Part shown: positions 1 to 7,517 of the stretch, piece by piece
Layout: the number at the start of each line of letters is the position of its first letter
How positions within the stretch are numbered: the first letter of the stretch is position 1
NCBI GenBank assembly: GCA_964565125.1
Contig: CAZMCX010000013.1
Span: 1-13,291, forward strand
Direction: 5' to 3'
Origin: an uncultured archaeon
Lineage (GTDB): Archaea; Iainarchaeota; Iainarchaeia; Iainarchaeales; 0-14-0-20-30-16
DNA length: 13,291 nt
Program-made: the position numbers and the translations under genes
Notes under the pieces: generated by a model
The model's input: only the letters and a program-made list of their open reading frames with translations
Told to the model about the DNA's origin: nothing
Databases searched by the model: none

Positions 1-96
1 AAAATCACCTTAATAACCATGGAGGGCAATATTTATAATCTTATCTTATGCTGCCCTTACAGAAGAATAAGCGAATTACTACATAAATCGCGTATA

Positions 97-111
97 CTTA
101 TAATTATATAT
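97..111 (+). promoter_or_regulatory. Putative archaeal TATA-box region upstream of the PolD operon
   Basis: The A/T block cttataattatatat is centred about 24 nt upstream of the DP1 ATG at 128. No Shine-Dalgarno-like purine run lies between them, which fits a leaderless or very short-leader transcript. This is a sequence pattern only. Confidence 0.3.
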
Positions 112-127
112 CTACTATCTAATAGAT

Positions 128-1663
128 ATGCAGACCGATATATCTACATCTCTAAACCTTGATGCTACTGTTGGGGTTGTTATCCAATATGCACAGAAAA
201 AAGATGTAATTATCGATAAGGATGCGGCTATTTTTCTATCAAAGCAGGAAGACTATAAGACAGTAATAGACTCGGCTTTTAAAGATAAAGTTCCGTTTTT
301 AGACTTAAAAAAGGCAGAGGAAATTTTACAGAAATTGAGTTCTAGTGTTGAGATTGTATTTGAAAAAAAAGCAGATATTTCTAATCTGGAAGTTGTTGTT
401 GAAAATCGGGCGAAAAGAAGAGAGGCAAAAGAATATACTTCCAAGATGAAAATAATAAAAGATACAGATATAACAAACAATACAACTGGACAAGGAAAAG
501 TTACTGATTTTGTAGAATTTGTGAGAGATAGATATAATATTTTATCTGGGTTGATAAAAAAACACAACAACTTTTCTCCGGTGCAGTCAAGCGGGATAAA
601 ATATTCTGCAAAGGGGGTAGAAGTAGATGTAATTGGAATGGTATATGAAAAAAGAGACACAAAAACCGGAAATTTAATGGTCATTTTTGATGACAATAAT
701 GGTTTTTTTACCGCAATTTTTGATAAGAATAAACCAATTTATGCGCAGGCAAGAAAACTTTTGAATGATGATGTTGTGGGCATAAAAGGAGTAAAATTAG
801 ATGAAAAATTAATTTATGCTTCTGAGATAATTTTTCCAGATATGCCTGTTGCAACACCAAAAAAAAGTGATATTGATTTGGATATTGTTTTTACTTCTGA
901 TGCTCATATTGGAAGCAATGTTTTTTTTGAAAAAGAATTTAATAATTTTATTGATTGGCTTGACAAAGGGGAAGATAGTAGTAAAATAAAGTATTGTGTT
1001 ATTGCGGGAGACGGGGTTGACGGGATAGGTGTTTATCCAGGCCAAGACGAAGAATTGGCAGTAAAAGATATTTACAAGCAATACGAAATTTTGTCTAATT
1101 ATATTGAAAGAATTCCTGAGCATATAGAAACTTTTATTATTCCTGGAAACCATGATGCCGTGAGGAGGGCAGATCCCCAACCAGCAATACCAAAAGAATA
1201 TTTAAAAAAATTATACGGTCTGAAAAATGTGCATGTTTTAGGATCTCCTTCTATGGTGGAAATTGAGGGCTTAAAAATGTTAATGTATCATGGAAATTCG
1301 ATGAATGAATTACAGGCAAAGTTGGGAATCCATTTTGAGGATCCAATTCCAGTAATGGAAGCCTATCTCTTGAGAAGAGATGTTTGTACAATATATGGTG
1401 GAAAAAATCCAGTATCTCCGGATAAGGGGGGTGTTCTGCAAATAAAAGAAGAACCAGATATTTTTGTTACAGGTCATTTACATTCAAATGGTTATGGGAC
1501 TTATAAAAAAACAATGTTGATAAACCCTGGTGCTTGGCAGGCACAAACATCGTTCCAGAAACAACAAGGCCACATTCCGACTCCGGGAAGAGTGCCAGTA
1601 ATGAATATGAAAACAGGAAAAATATTGGAGAAGGTGTTCATAAATGAAGTTGCCAATATGTGA
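128..1663 (+). CDS. polB: DNA polymerase II (PolD) small subunit DP1, the Mre11-like 3'-5' exonuclease subunit
   Basis: 511-aa ORF with the full calcineurin-like phosphoesterase motif set in DP1 order: VFTSDAHIGS, VIAGDGVDG, IIPGNHD, MYHGNS, VTGHLH. It sits directly upstream of the DP2 gene and overlaps it by 20 nt, the typical archaeal polB-polC operon arrangement. Stop codon is TGA at 1661-1663. Confidence 0.93.
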   Translation: MQTDISTSLNLDATVGVVIQYAQKKDVIIDKDAAIFLSKQEDYKTVIDSAFKDKVPFLDLKKAEEILQKLSSSVEIVFEKKADISNLEVVVENRAKRREAKEYTSKMKIIKDTDITNNTTGQGKVTDFVEFVRDRYNILSGLIKKHNNFSPVQSSGIKYSAKGVEVDVIGMVYEKRDTKTGNLMVIFDDNNGFFTAIFDKNKPIYAQARKLLNDDVVGIKGVKLDEKLIYASEIIFPDMPVATPKKSDIDLDIVFTSDAHIGSNVFFEKEFNNFIDWLDKGEDSSKIKYCVIAGDGVDGIGVYPGQDEELAVKDIYKQYEILSNYIERIPEHIETFIIPGNHDAVRRADPQPAIPKEYLKKLYGLKNVHVLGSPSMVEIEGLKMLMYHGNSMNELQAKLGIHFEDPIPVMEAYLLRRDVCTIYGGKNPVSPDKGGVLQIKEEPDIFVTGHLHSNGYGTYKKTMLINPGAWQAQTSFQKQQGHIPTPGRVPVMNMKTGKILEKVFINEVANM

Positions 1664-4600
1664 TCCAGAAACAAAAAAATATTTTGAAAGAATAGTAATT
1701 GATGTGGATTCCATGTATTCTTTGGCAACAGATATTAGAAAATTGGGTTATGATATTAAAGATGAAGTTGAAATAAAGAGGGCAACAAACCTGGCGGAAA
1801 GAACAGAAGCAATTTTGGAATTGCCCGGTCTTGCAAAAAGATATGAAGAAATAATGGCAGTAAAAAAAGATAGGTTTCCAACAATAATACAAATTTTTGA
1901 CGAAATACTAGATAGTAAATTTGGAAGTTTTCCAACAGATGAAAAAAGATTAGAAGCAGCAGTAAGAACCGCATTAACCTTGTACACAGAGGGGGTTGTT
2001 GTTGCACCTTTGGAGGGAATTCCTGCAATAAAAATAAGTTCTAATTCAGATTCTACAAAATACGTAGACATATTTTATGCCGGCCCAATAAGAGCCGCAG
2101 GTGGAACTGGAACAGTTTTACCAATTGTATTAGCATATTATGGCGGCAAAAAATTAGGTTTGGATAGATATAAAGCAACAGAATCAGAAATAGAACGTTA
2201 TGTTGAAGAATACAGAATTATTGGACGAAAATATGCGCGGCAGATAAAAGTTACAGAAGAAGAGATTAGGCACATTATTAGAGAATGCCCTGTTTGTGTA
2301 AACGGAGAAGCAACAGATCCGGAAGAAGTTGATGTTTATAGAAATCTTGAAAGAGTTCCAACAAATAGATTGAGGGGCGGAGCATTTTTAGTATTGACGG
2401 AGGGTGTAACTCTTAAAGCTGCGAAATTAAAAAAAATTGCAAAAGGATTTGGATTTGATTGGGGCTGGCTTGATAAATTTATTAAAGTAAAAGAAACCGG
2501 AAATACTACAGAAATTTTGCCGAATTACAGATATTTAGAAGGTGCAGCAGCAGGAAGGCCAGTGTTCTCATATCCATCTAGATTTGGCGGTTTTAGATTA
2601 AGATATGGGCGAACAAGAACAACTGGATTAATGGCCAAGGCCTTGCATCCGACTACTATGTATGTTCTTGGAGGTTATGCTGCAGTGGGTACTCAGTTAA
2701 AAGTTGAGAGGCCGGGTAAAGCAGCAGTAATTGGAGCTTGTGATTTAATAGAGCCATCTTATGTTAAACTTAGAGATAAATCTATTGTTAGGGCTGAATC
2801 AAAAGAATGGTATGAAAGTAATCAAATTAATGTTGAAAAAATTTTATTTGTTGGAGATATGTTAATTTCTTATGGTGATTTTAGAAAAACAGCACACCCT
2901 TTGATGCCGCCGGGATATTGTGAAGAATGGTGGGCCTTAGAATTGGAAAAAGAACTTGAAAATAAAAAACTTGGAAAAAAAGAATTTGAAAGTTTTTTGG
3001 ATAATCCTTATGTGGTAAAAGAAGAAGACGCAGTAAAGTTGTCAGATAGTTTTGGGGTTCCATTACACCCAAGATATTTGTATTTCTATACTCAATTAAA
3101 TCAAGAAGATATAATTTATATTAGAAATGCATTACAAAAAGCAGAAAGGAAATATTCTGATGGAATTGAGTTTGATGCAGTATTAGATTATGATGAAAAA
3201 CTTGATTTCTTGTTTACAAAAATTGTAATGCCAATGAAAGTAGAAAATGAAAAAATAATAATAAAACACGGTCTCTCCCTGTTTAAAACTTTTGGTGTTT
3301 TTGACTTGGAAAAAGAAGTTCCAGTTGGTCTTGAACCATTGGATTTATTGTGTTATTTATCTGGTCTTAAAATCAGAGATAAAGCCGGGTCCTTTATCGG
3401 CGCAAGAATGGGTAGGCCTGAAGCAGCAACAGAAAGAAAAATGACTGGGAGTCCACAAGTTTTGTTTCCTATTGGAAAGATGGGTGGAAACACAAGAAGT
3501 ATTAATAAGGCGGTTGATTTTAAATCACAGGAAAGTAAGGGTTTATTTGATTCCAAAGCAGCATCAACTGTAGAAATTGCGTTTTATAAATGTCCTAGAT
3601 GTAAAAAAGAAATTGTGTATCCTTATTGTTGGGAATGTAAAGAAAGAACTGTAAGGCAATATTATTGTAGTTCTTGTAATAAAAGTTATGATGAAAGAAA
3701 AGAAAAATGTACCTGTGGTGGAAAAATATACCATTCTAAAAGATCAAGTTTGTCTTTTGCAAACATATTCAGAGATGCAGTAAAAAGGCTTGGTGTTGAG
3801 GCCCCCGCAATGATAAAAGGTGTTGAGGGGCTAGTGTCAATAGATAAAGTTGCAGAACCCCTAGAAAAAGGAATTTTGAGAGCAAAAAACGGAGTTTATG
3901 TTTTTAAAGATGGGGTTTGTAGAACTGATTTATTAGACTTTAATTTGAGTCATTTTAAACCGGTAGAGTTGAAAATGACAGTTGAAAAAGCAAGAGCTTT
4001 GGGATATGAGCTAGATATTTATGGAAACGAACTTAAAGATGAGAATCAAATGTTAAGGTTATTTCCACAAGATGTTATTTTGAATACTACAGTTGGTGAC
4101 TATTTAGTAAAAGTTGCAACATTTGTAGATGACTTATTAGAAAAGTTTTACAAAAAGCCAAAATTTTACAATGCAAAAGTAAGAGATGATTTAATTGGGC
4201 ATTATATTCTTGCATTAGCGCCACACATTGTTGCGGGAATTGTTGGAAGAGTAATAGGATATAGTGAATCGAGAGTAATGTTTTCACATCCTTATTTTAA
4301 TACTGCAAAAAGAAGAAACTGTTTAACTTTCGATACACCCATAGTTTTAAGTAATAATAAAAATATTTGCTTAATGGAAATCGGTGCCCTTGATGATGGT
4401 TCACATAAAACCGAAATCCCTCTTGAAAATACGTATACTTATTCTGTTGATTCGCGGGGCAAGTTACATAAAAGAAAAGTAATTGCATTATATAAACAGA
4501 AAAATAAAGAAAAAATATTAAAATTGAAAACGAGATTTGGGAGAGAAGTAAAAGTAACTCCTAAACAAAAAATTCTTTATGGAGAAAATGGACTTGTAAA

Positions 4601-6500
4601 ATATAAATTTGCAAAAGACTTGAAAATTGGTGATAATTTATTATCTTTGGCTAATGCAAAATACACAAAAAATAATGAATTAAATATCTTGGAATATTAT
4701 TTACAATCACCCCTAAAGCAAAAAATAAGAGTCCACAACATAAAAAAATTATTAAAACCAAAATTAAAAAAAGATGGCTATGTAAATATCGGAAATAAGT
4801 TAGGAATAAATTGGAAGAAGCTACATACTGCAATTGATTTTGATGCAGTCCCTTTGGATCTTTATGAAAAATTACGTAAACAGTATAAAATTGCGGATGA
4901 TGGTCTGGAGCTATCTTATAATAAACAAAAAAGCAGGATTCCTTGTATAATTGGATTAACTAAAGAACTTGGATGGATTGTTGGATATTATCTGGCGGAT
5001 GGACATGCCCGAACTAGTTATGGAAAATCTAAAGATATAAAGAAATATGTTTATCAAGTAAATTTTGTGTCTGCAGAAAAAGAAATAACTAATAAATTAA
5101 TGAAAATAACTAAAAAACTGTTTAATAGAAATTTAACAAAGAGTAAGCAAAAAAGTGTGGATGATTTATATCTGAGTGGAAGAGTATATTATGATTTATT
5201 TGTGAATATTTTACAAACAGGCAAATGCGCAAGAAATAAAAGGGTCCCCCAAATAATAACTAACTCTAATTCAGAGTGTATTAAAGGTTGTATTGGCGGT
5301 TATGTTGTGGGCGATGGGCATATAGAAAAAACAAGTATTAAGGCAATAAGCGTAAATAAAAATCTAATAAATGAATTTGCATATTTGTGCGCTACTCAAA
5401 ATTTGTTTGCTCACGTTTTTGAAGAAAAAGAAAGAACAATAAAAACCGGCTTAGTAAAAGAATATTACCAAAAAAGAAATAAGTCTATAACTGTAAAATC
5501 ATATGGGTTTAAGTTATATTCCAAAGATTTTAAGGAAATGGTTCAGTACTTGTTTGGATCTAAATTTAAAAAAGCAATACAAAATCTGAAAAGTATTGAA
5601 ATAAAGAAAAAAAGAGTAAGTAAGTTAGGAAATTTTATTATTGATAAATTAGTAAGTATTAAGGAAGTTCCTTATAATGGAAAATATGTATATGACCTAA
5701 TTGTAGAAAAAGAAAAGACCTTTATTGGAGGTTATGGTAATTTGGGGATTTATGATTGTGATGGGGATCAGGATTCTGCAATGCTTTTATTAGATGTATT
5801 TTTAAATTTTTCAAAAGATTATTTACCATCAACAAGAGGCGGAAAACAAGACACCCCGCTTGTTGCTACAATTGTTTTAGATCCACAAGAAATAGATGAT
5901 GAAGCGTATGAAATGGAAACTACATCTAAATATACTTTAGAATTTTACGAATCTGCATTAAAAAAAGCAGAACCCGTATTGAAGTTTTTGAATATTGTTG
6001 GAAATTTTATTGGAACCGATAAACAATTTACAGAATTAAAATTCACACACGATACTATCCAATATGATGCGGGCCCAAAGCAATCTAGTTATACTTTAAT
6101 AAAAGAGATGAAAGATAAAATTTCAAATCAGCTTGACTTGCAATATAAAATAACTGCGGTAGACCACATGGCTGCATTAGAATTAGTTTTATCTACACAT
6201 TTTTTGCCAGATATTATTGGAAATGCAAGAAAATATGCTAGACAAGGCTTTAGGTGTACAAAATGTAACAAGAAATTTAGGCGTATGCCTTTGTTGGGGT
6301 CTTGCTCATGTGGTGGAAACATAAATCTGACAATAGCACAAGGCTCAGTAAGAAAGTATTTGGGGCTTACAGACGGTATTTCAAAGAAATACAAACTTAC
6401 TGATTATTTAGACCAAAGAATAAAATTGATTTACAAAGAAGTTGATTCTTTGTTTAATAATGAGAAAATAAAACAAAAGTCTTTAGGAGACTTTATGTGA
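1644..6500 (+). CDS. polC: DNA polymerase II (PolD) large catalytic subunit DP2, containing an intein
   Basis: 1618-aa ORF with DP2 signature blocks: YAGPIRAAGGTG, GRPVFSYPSRFGGFRLRYGRTR, GARMGRPE, LEKGILRAKNGVYVFKDG, FVDDLLEKFY, LAPHIVAGIVGRVIG, HPYFNTAKRRN...CDGDQDSAMLLLD. It has Cys-cluster zinc modules (CPRCKK...CWEC...CSSC...CTCGG and the C-terminal CTKCNKKFRR...CSCGG). AAGGTG at 1631-1636 lies 7 nt before the ATG at 1644. The extein is 1139 aa after intein removal, a normal DP2 size. Confidence 0.95.
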   Translation: MKLPICDPETKKYFERIVIDVDSMYSLATDIRKLGYDIKDEVEIKRATNLAERTEAILELPGLAKRYEEIMAVKKDRFPTIIQIFDEILDSKFGSFPTDEKRLEAAVRTALTLYTEGVVVAPLEGIPAIKISSNSDSTKYVDIFYAGPIRAAGGTGTVLPIVLAYYGGKKLGLDRYKATESEIERYVEEYRIIGRKYARQIKVTEEEIRHIIRECPVCVNGEATDPEEVDVYRNLERVPTNRLRGGAFLVLTEGVTLKAAKLKKIAKGFGFDWGWLDKFIKVKETGNTTEILPNYRYLEGAAAGRPVFSYPSRFGGFRLRYGRTRTTGLMAKALHPTTMYVLGGYAAVGTQLKVERPGKAAVIGACDLIEPSYVKLRDKSIVRAESKEWYESNQINVEKILFVGDMLISYGDFRKTAHPLMPPGYCEEWWALELEKELENKKLGKKEFESFLDNPYVVKEEDAVKLSDSFGVPLHPRYLYFYTQLNQEDIIYIRNALQKAERKYSDGIEFDAVLDYDEKLDFLFTKIVMPMKVENEKIIIKHGLSLFKTFGVFDLEKEVPVGLEPLDLLCYLSGLKIRDKAGSFIGARMGRPEAATERKMTGSPQVLFPIGKMGGNTRSINKAVDFKSQESKGLFDSKAASTVEIAFYKCPRCKKEIVYPYCWECKERTVRQYYCSSCNKSYDERKEKCTCGGKIYHSKRSSLSFANIFRDAVKRLGVEAPAMIKGVEGLVSIDKVAEPLEKGILRAKNGVYVFKDGVCRTDLLDFNLSHFKPVELKMTVEKARALGYELDIYGNELKDENQMLRLFPQDVILNTTVGDYLVKVATFVDDLLEKFYKKPKFYNAKVRDDLIGHYILALAPHIVAGIVGRVIGYSESRVMFSHPYFNTAKRRNCLTFDTPIVLSNNKNICLMEIGALDDGSHKTEIPLENTYTYSVDSRGKLHKRKVIALYKQKNKEKILKLKTRFGREVKVTPKQKILYGENGLVKYKFAKDLKIGDNLLSLANAKYTKNNELNILEYYLQSPLKQKIRVHNIKKLLKPKLKKDGYVNIGNKLGINWKKLHTAIDFDAVPLDLYEKLRKQYKIADDGLELSYNKQKSRIPCIIGLTKELGWIVGYYLADGHARTSYGKSKDIKKYVYQVNFVSAEKEITNKLMKITKKLFNRNLTKSKQKSVDDLYLSGRVYYDLFVNILQTGKCARNKRVPQIITNSNSECIKGCIGGYVVGDGHIEKTSIKAISVNKNLINEFAYLCATQNLFAHVFEEKERTIKTGLVKEYYQKRNKSITVKSYGFKLYSKDFKEMVQYLFGSKFKKAIQNLKSIEIKKKRVSKLGNFIIDKLVSIKEVPYNGKYVYDLIVEKEKTFIGGYGNLGIYDCDGDQDSAMLLLDVFLNFSKDYLPSTRGGKQDTPLVATIVLDPQEIDDEAYEMETTSKYTLEFYESALKKAEPVLKFLNIVGNFIGTDKQFTELKFTHDTIQYDAGPKQSSYTLIKEMKDKISNQLDLQYKITAVDHMAALELVLSTHFLPDIIGNARKYARQGFRCTKCNKKFRRMPLLGSCSCGGNINLTIAQGSVRKYLGLTDGISKKYKLTDYLDQRIKLIYKEVDSLFNNEKIKQKSLGDFM
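4320..5756 (+). mobile_element. Intein with a LAGLIDADG homing-endonuclease domain, inserted in the DP2 catalytic motif (aa 893-1371 of the ORF, 479 aa)
   Basis: Junctions read KRRN|CLTFDTPIVL...GNLGIYD|CDGDQD, and excising 4320-5756 restores the contiguous RRN-CDGD motif. Block A is CLTFDTPIVL. Block B-like is GREVKVTPKQKIL. The two LAGLIDADG motifs are LGWIVGYYLADGHA (4968-5009) and IKGCIGGYVVGDGHIE (5280-5327). Block F/G-like is YVYDLIVEKEKTFIGGYGNLGIYD, followed by the +1 Cys. Confidence 0.88.
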
Positions 6501-6511
6501 AATCTACGAAA

Positions 6512-6521
6512 TTTATAAATA
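6512..6521 (+). promoter_or_regulatory. Putative TATA box for the FecR-like/cyclase gene pair
   Basis: tttataaata lies in the 52-bp spacer after the polC stop, about 30-40 nt upstream of the ATG at 6553. GGTGG (6544-6548) serves as a Shine-Dalgarno-like element. This suggests the signalling pair has its own promoter. Confidence 0.3.
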
Positions 6522-6552
6522 TTCTTGTAGATATTATATAGCCGGTGGTAAC

Positions 6553-7497
6553 ATGAAGAATGCGTTTCTAATAGTTCTGATTAGTTTTATTGTTTTGATA
6601 ATTATTGTTTTTGGACTTGTTTATTTTATGGGCTTAAAAGACGATCCAACAACGACCCCCAAAGATACTAACAAAGTAAATGAAGTATTTGTAGAAATTT
6701 TGCAAGGTGACGTTTACTATAAAAATTTAGAAACAAAAAATGAATACCTTTTACTTGAAAAAAACCAATATCTCGATGAGAATACCTGGGTTAAAACAGA
6801 TTTAAATAGTAAAGCACAGCTTAATTTTGGAGAAGGGATTTATGCAGTTTTATCAGAAAATACTGAAGTTTTGATAAAAGAATTTTTTGAAAAAGACGGT
6901 CTAAAAACAATTGAATTGGAGCAAACATCTGGAAGTATTTGGCATAGAATAATGAAAATATTTGGAAACGCAGATTATTCTGTTGAAGTCGGAGAGGTTA
7001 TTGCAAGCGTGAGGGGCACAGGGTTCTTTACAGAAATTGATAATAATAATTCAACTGTATCCGTACATGATGGAAATGTAGAGGTATTGGCCGGAGAAAA
7101 AAGATATTATGTGACCTCAGGTTATAAAGTACAGATTAATAGAAATTTAAAGAAAGCATCAACGGTTGTTGATAATGTGGATGTAACAAAAATAATTAAT
7201 AATAGCAAGAAAAATGACGACCCCTTATACAATAAAGATGGAGTTAAAGTAACTAATCTTGGATCTGGCGGATTTATTGATGATAGTTTGGCTATTGATG
7301 ATTCTATTGTTGAAAAGAAAAAAGAAAAACTAAAAAAAGAATATGCTGTCCAAATCGGTATTGCAAAAAGTGCATCTTCTGATGTTACGGATAACATAAT
7401 TGATGAATATTTGGATATTGCAGTAAAAGAGGGGGAAGAAAAAGCAAAGCAGACGATAGAAGAGCAAGGAATTGATATTGGCAAGTATTTTAATTAG
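6553..7497 (+). CDS. Membrane-anchored FecR-domain protein (putative extracytoplasmic sensor or partner)
   Basis: 314 aa. It has an N-terminal hydrophobic anchor, AFLIVLISFIVLIIIVFGLVYFMGL. A FecR-like beta-rich domain pattern follows: AQLNFGEGIYAVLSENTEVLI...SIWHRI...YSVEVGEVIASVRGTGFFTEID...STVSVHDGNVEVLAG. The C-terminal region is charged and coiled-coil-like (KKKEKLKKEY...EGEEKAKQTIEEQ). GGTGG lies 4 nt upstream of the ATG. The stop TAG (7495-7497) abuts the next gene. Confidence 0.7.
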   Translation: MKNAFLIVLISFIVLIIIVFGLVYFMGLKDDPTTTPKDTNKVNEVFVEILQGDVYYKNLETKNEYLLLEKNQYLDENTWVKTDLNSKAQLNFGEGIYAVLSENTEVLIKEFFEKDGLKTIELEQTSGSIWHRIMKIFGNADYSVEVGEVIASVRGTGFFTEIDNNNSTVSVHDGNVEVLAGEKRYYVTSGYKVQINRNLKKASTVVDNVDVTKIINNSKKNDDPLYNKDGVKVTNLGSGGFIDDSLAIDDSIVEKKKEKLKKEYAVQIGIAKSASSDVTDNIIDEYLDIAVKEGEEKAKQTIEEQGIDIGKYFN

Positions 7498-7517
7498 TGG
7501 TAAACGAGGTGTTATTT

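Noticed and set aside
1-171. A frame-1 reading frame open from the window edge through 171, plus a possible minus-strand ATG at 20-18 leading out of the window
   Set aside because: It is too short and featureless to call, and it overlaps the DP1 promoter and start. I cannot tell whether a neighbouring gene ends or starts in bases 1-60, so it is left unannotated.
1644-1663. The 20-nt polB/polC overlap as a programmed frameshift or fusion site
   Set aside because: polC has its own AAGGTG RBS and ATG, the homologous N-termini match, and such overlaps are ordinary translational coupling in archaeal operons.
253-2071. Several minus-strand ORFs (253-696, 809-1180, 1484-1714, 1501-1728, 1638-1892, 1748-2071, 1756-2028) antisense to polB and polC
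   Set aside because: They lie entirely inside strongly supported plus-strand genes. Their translations are low-complexity, Phe/Ile/Leu/Ser-rich and typical of antisense frames in AT-rich DNA. They have no motifs and no RBS.
2881-6394. Short minus-strand ORFs of 60-88 aa scattered inside polC (2881-3072, 3353-3556, 4087-4287, 4297-4488, 4651-4833, 6128-6394)
   Set aside because: They are antisense to a confidently identified CDS and intein and show no recognisable domains, so they are chance ORFs.
7122-7484. 120-aa minus-strand ORF antisense to the FecR-like gene
   Set aside because: It is fully nested in the plus-strand CDS, Ser/Phe-rich and low-complexity, and has no start context.
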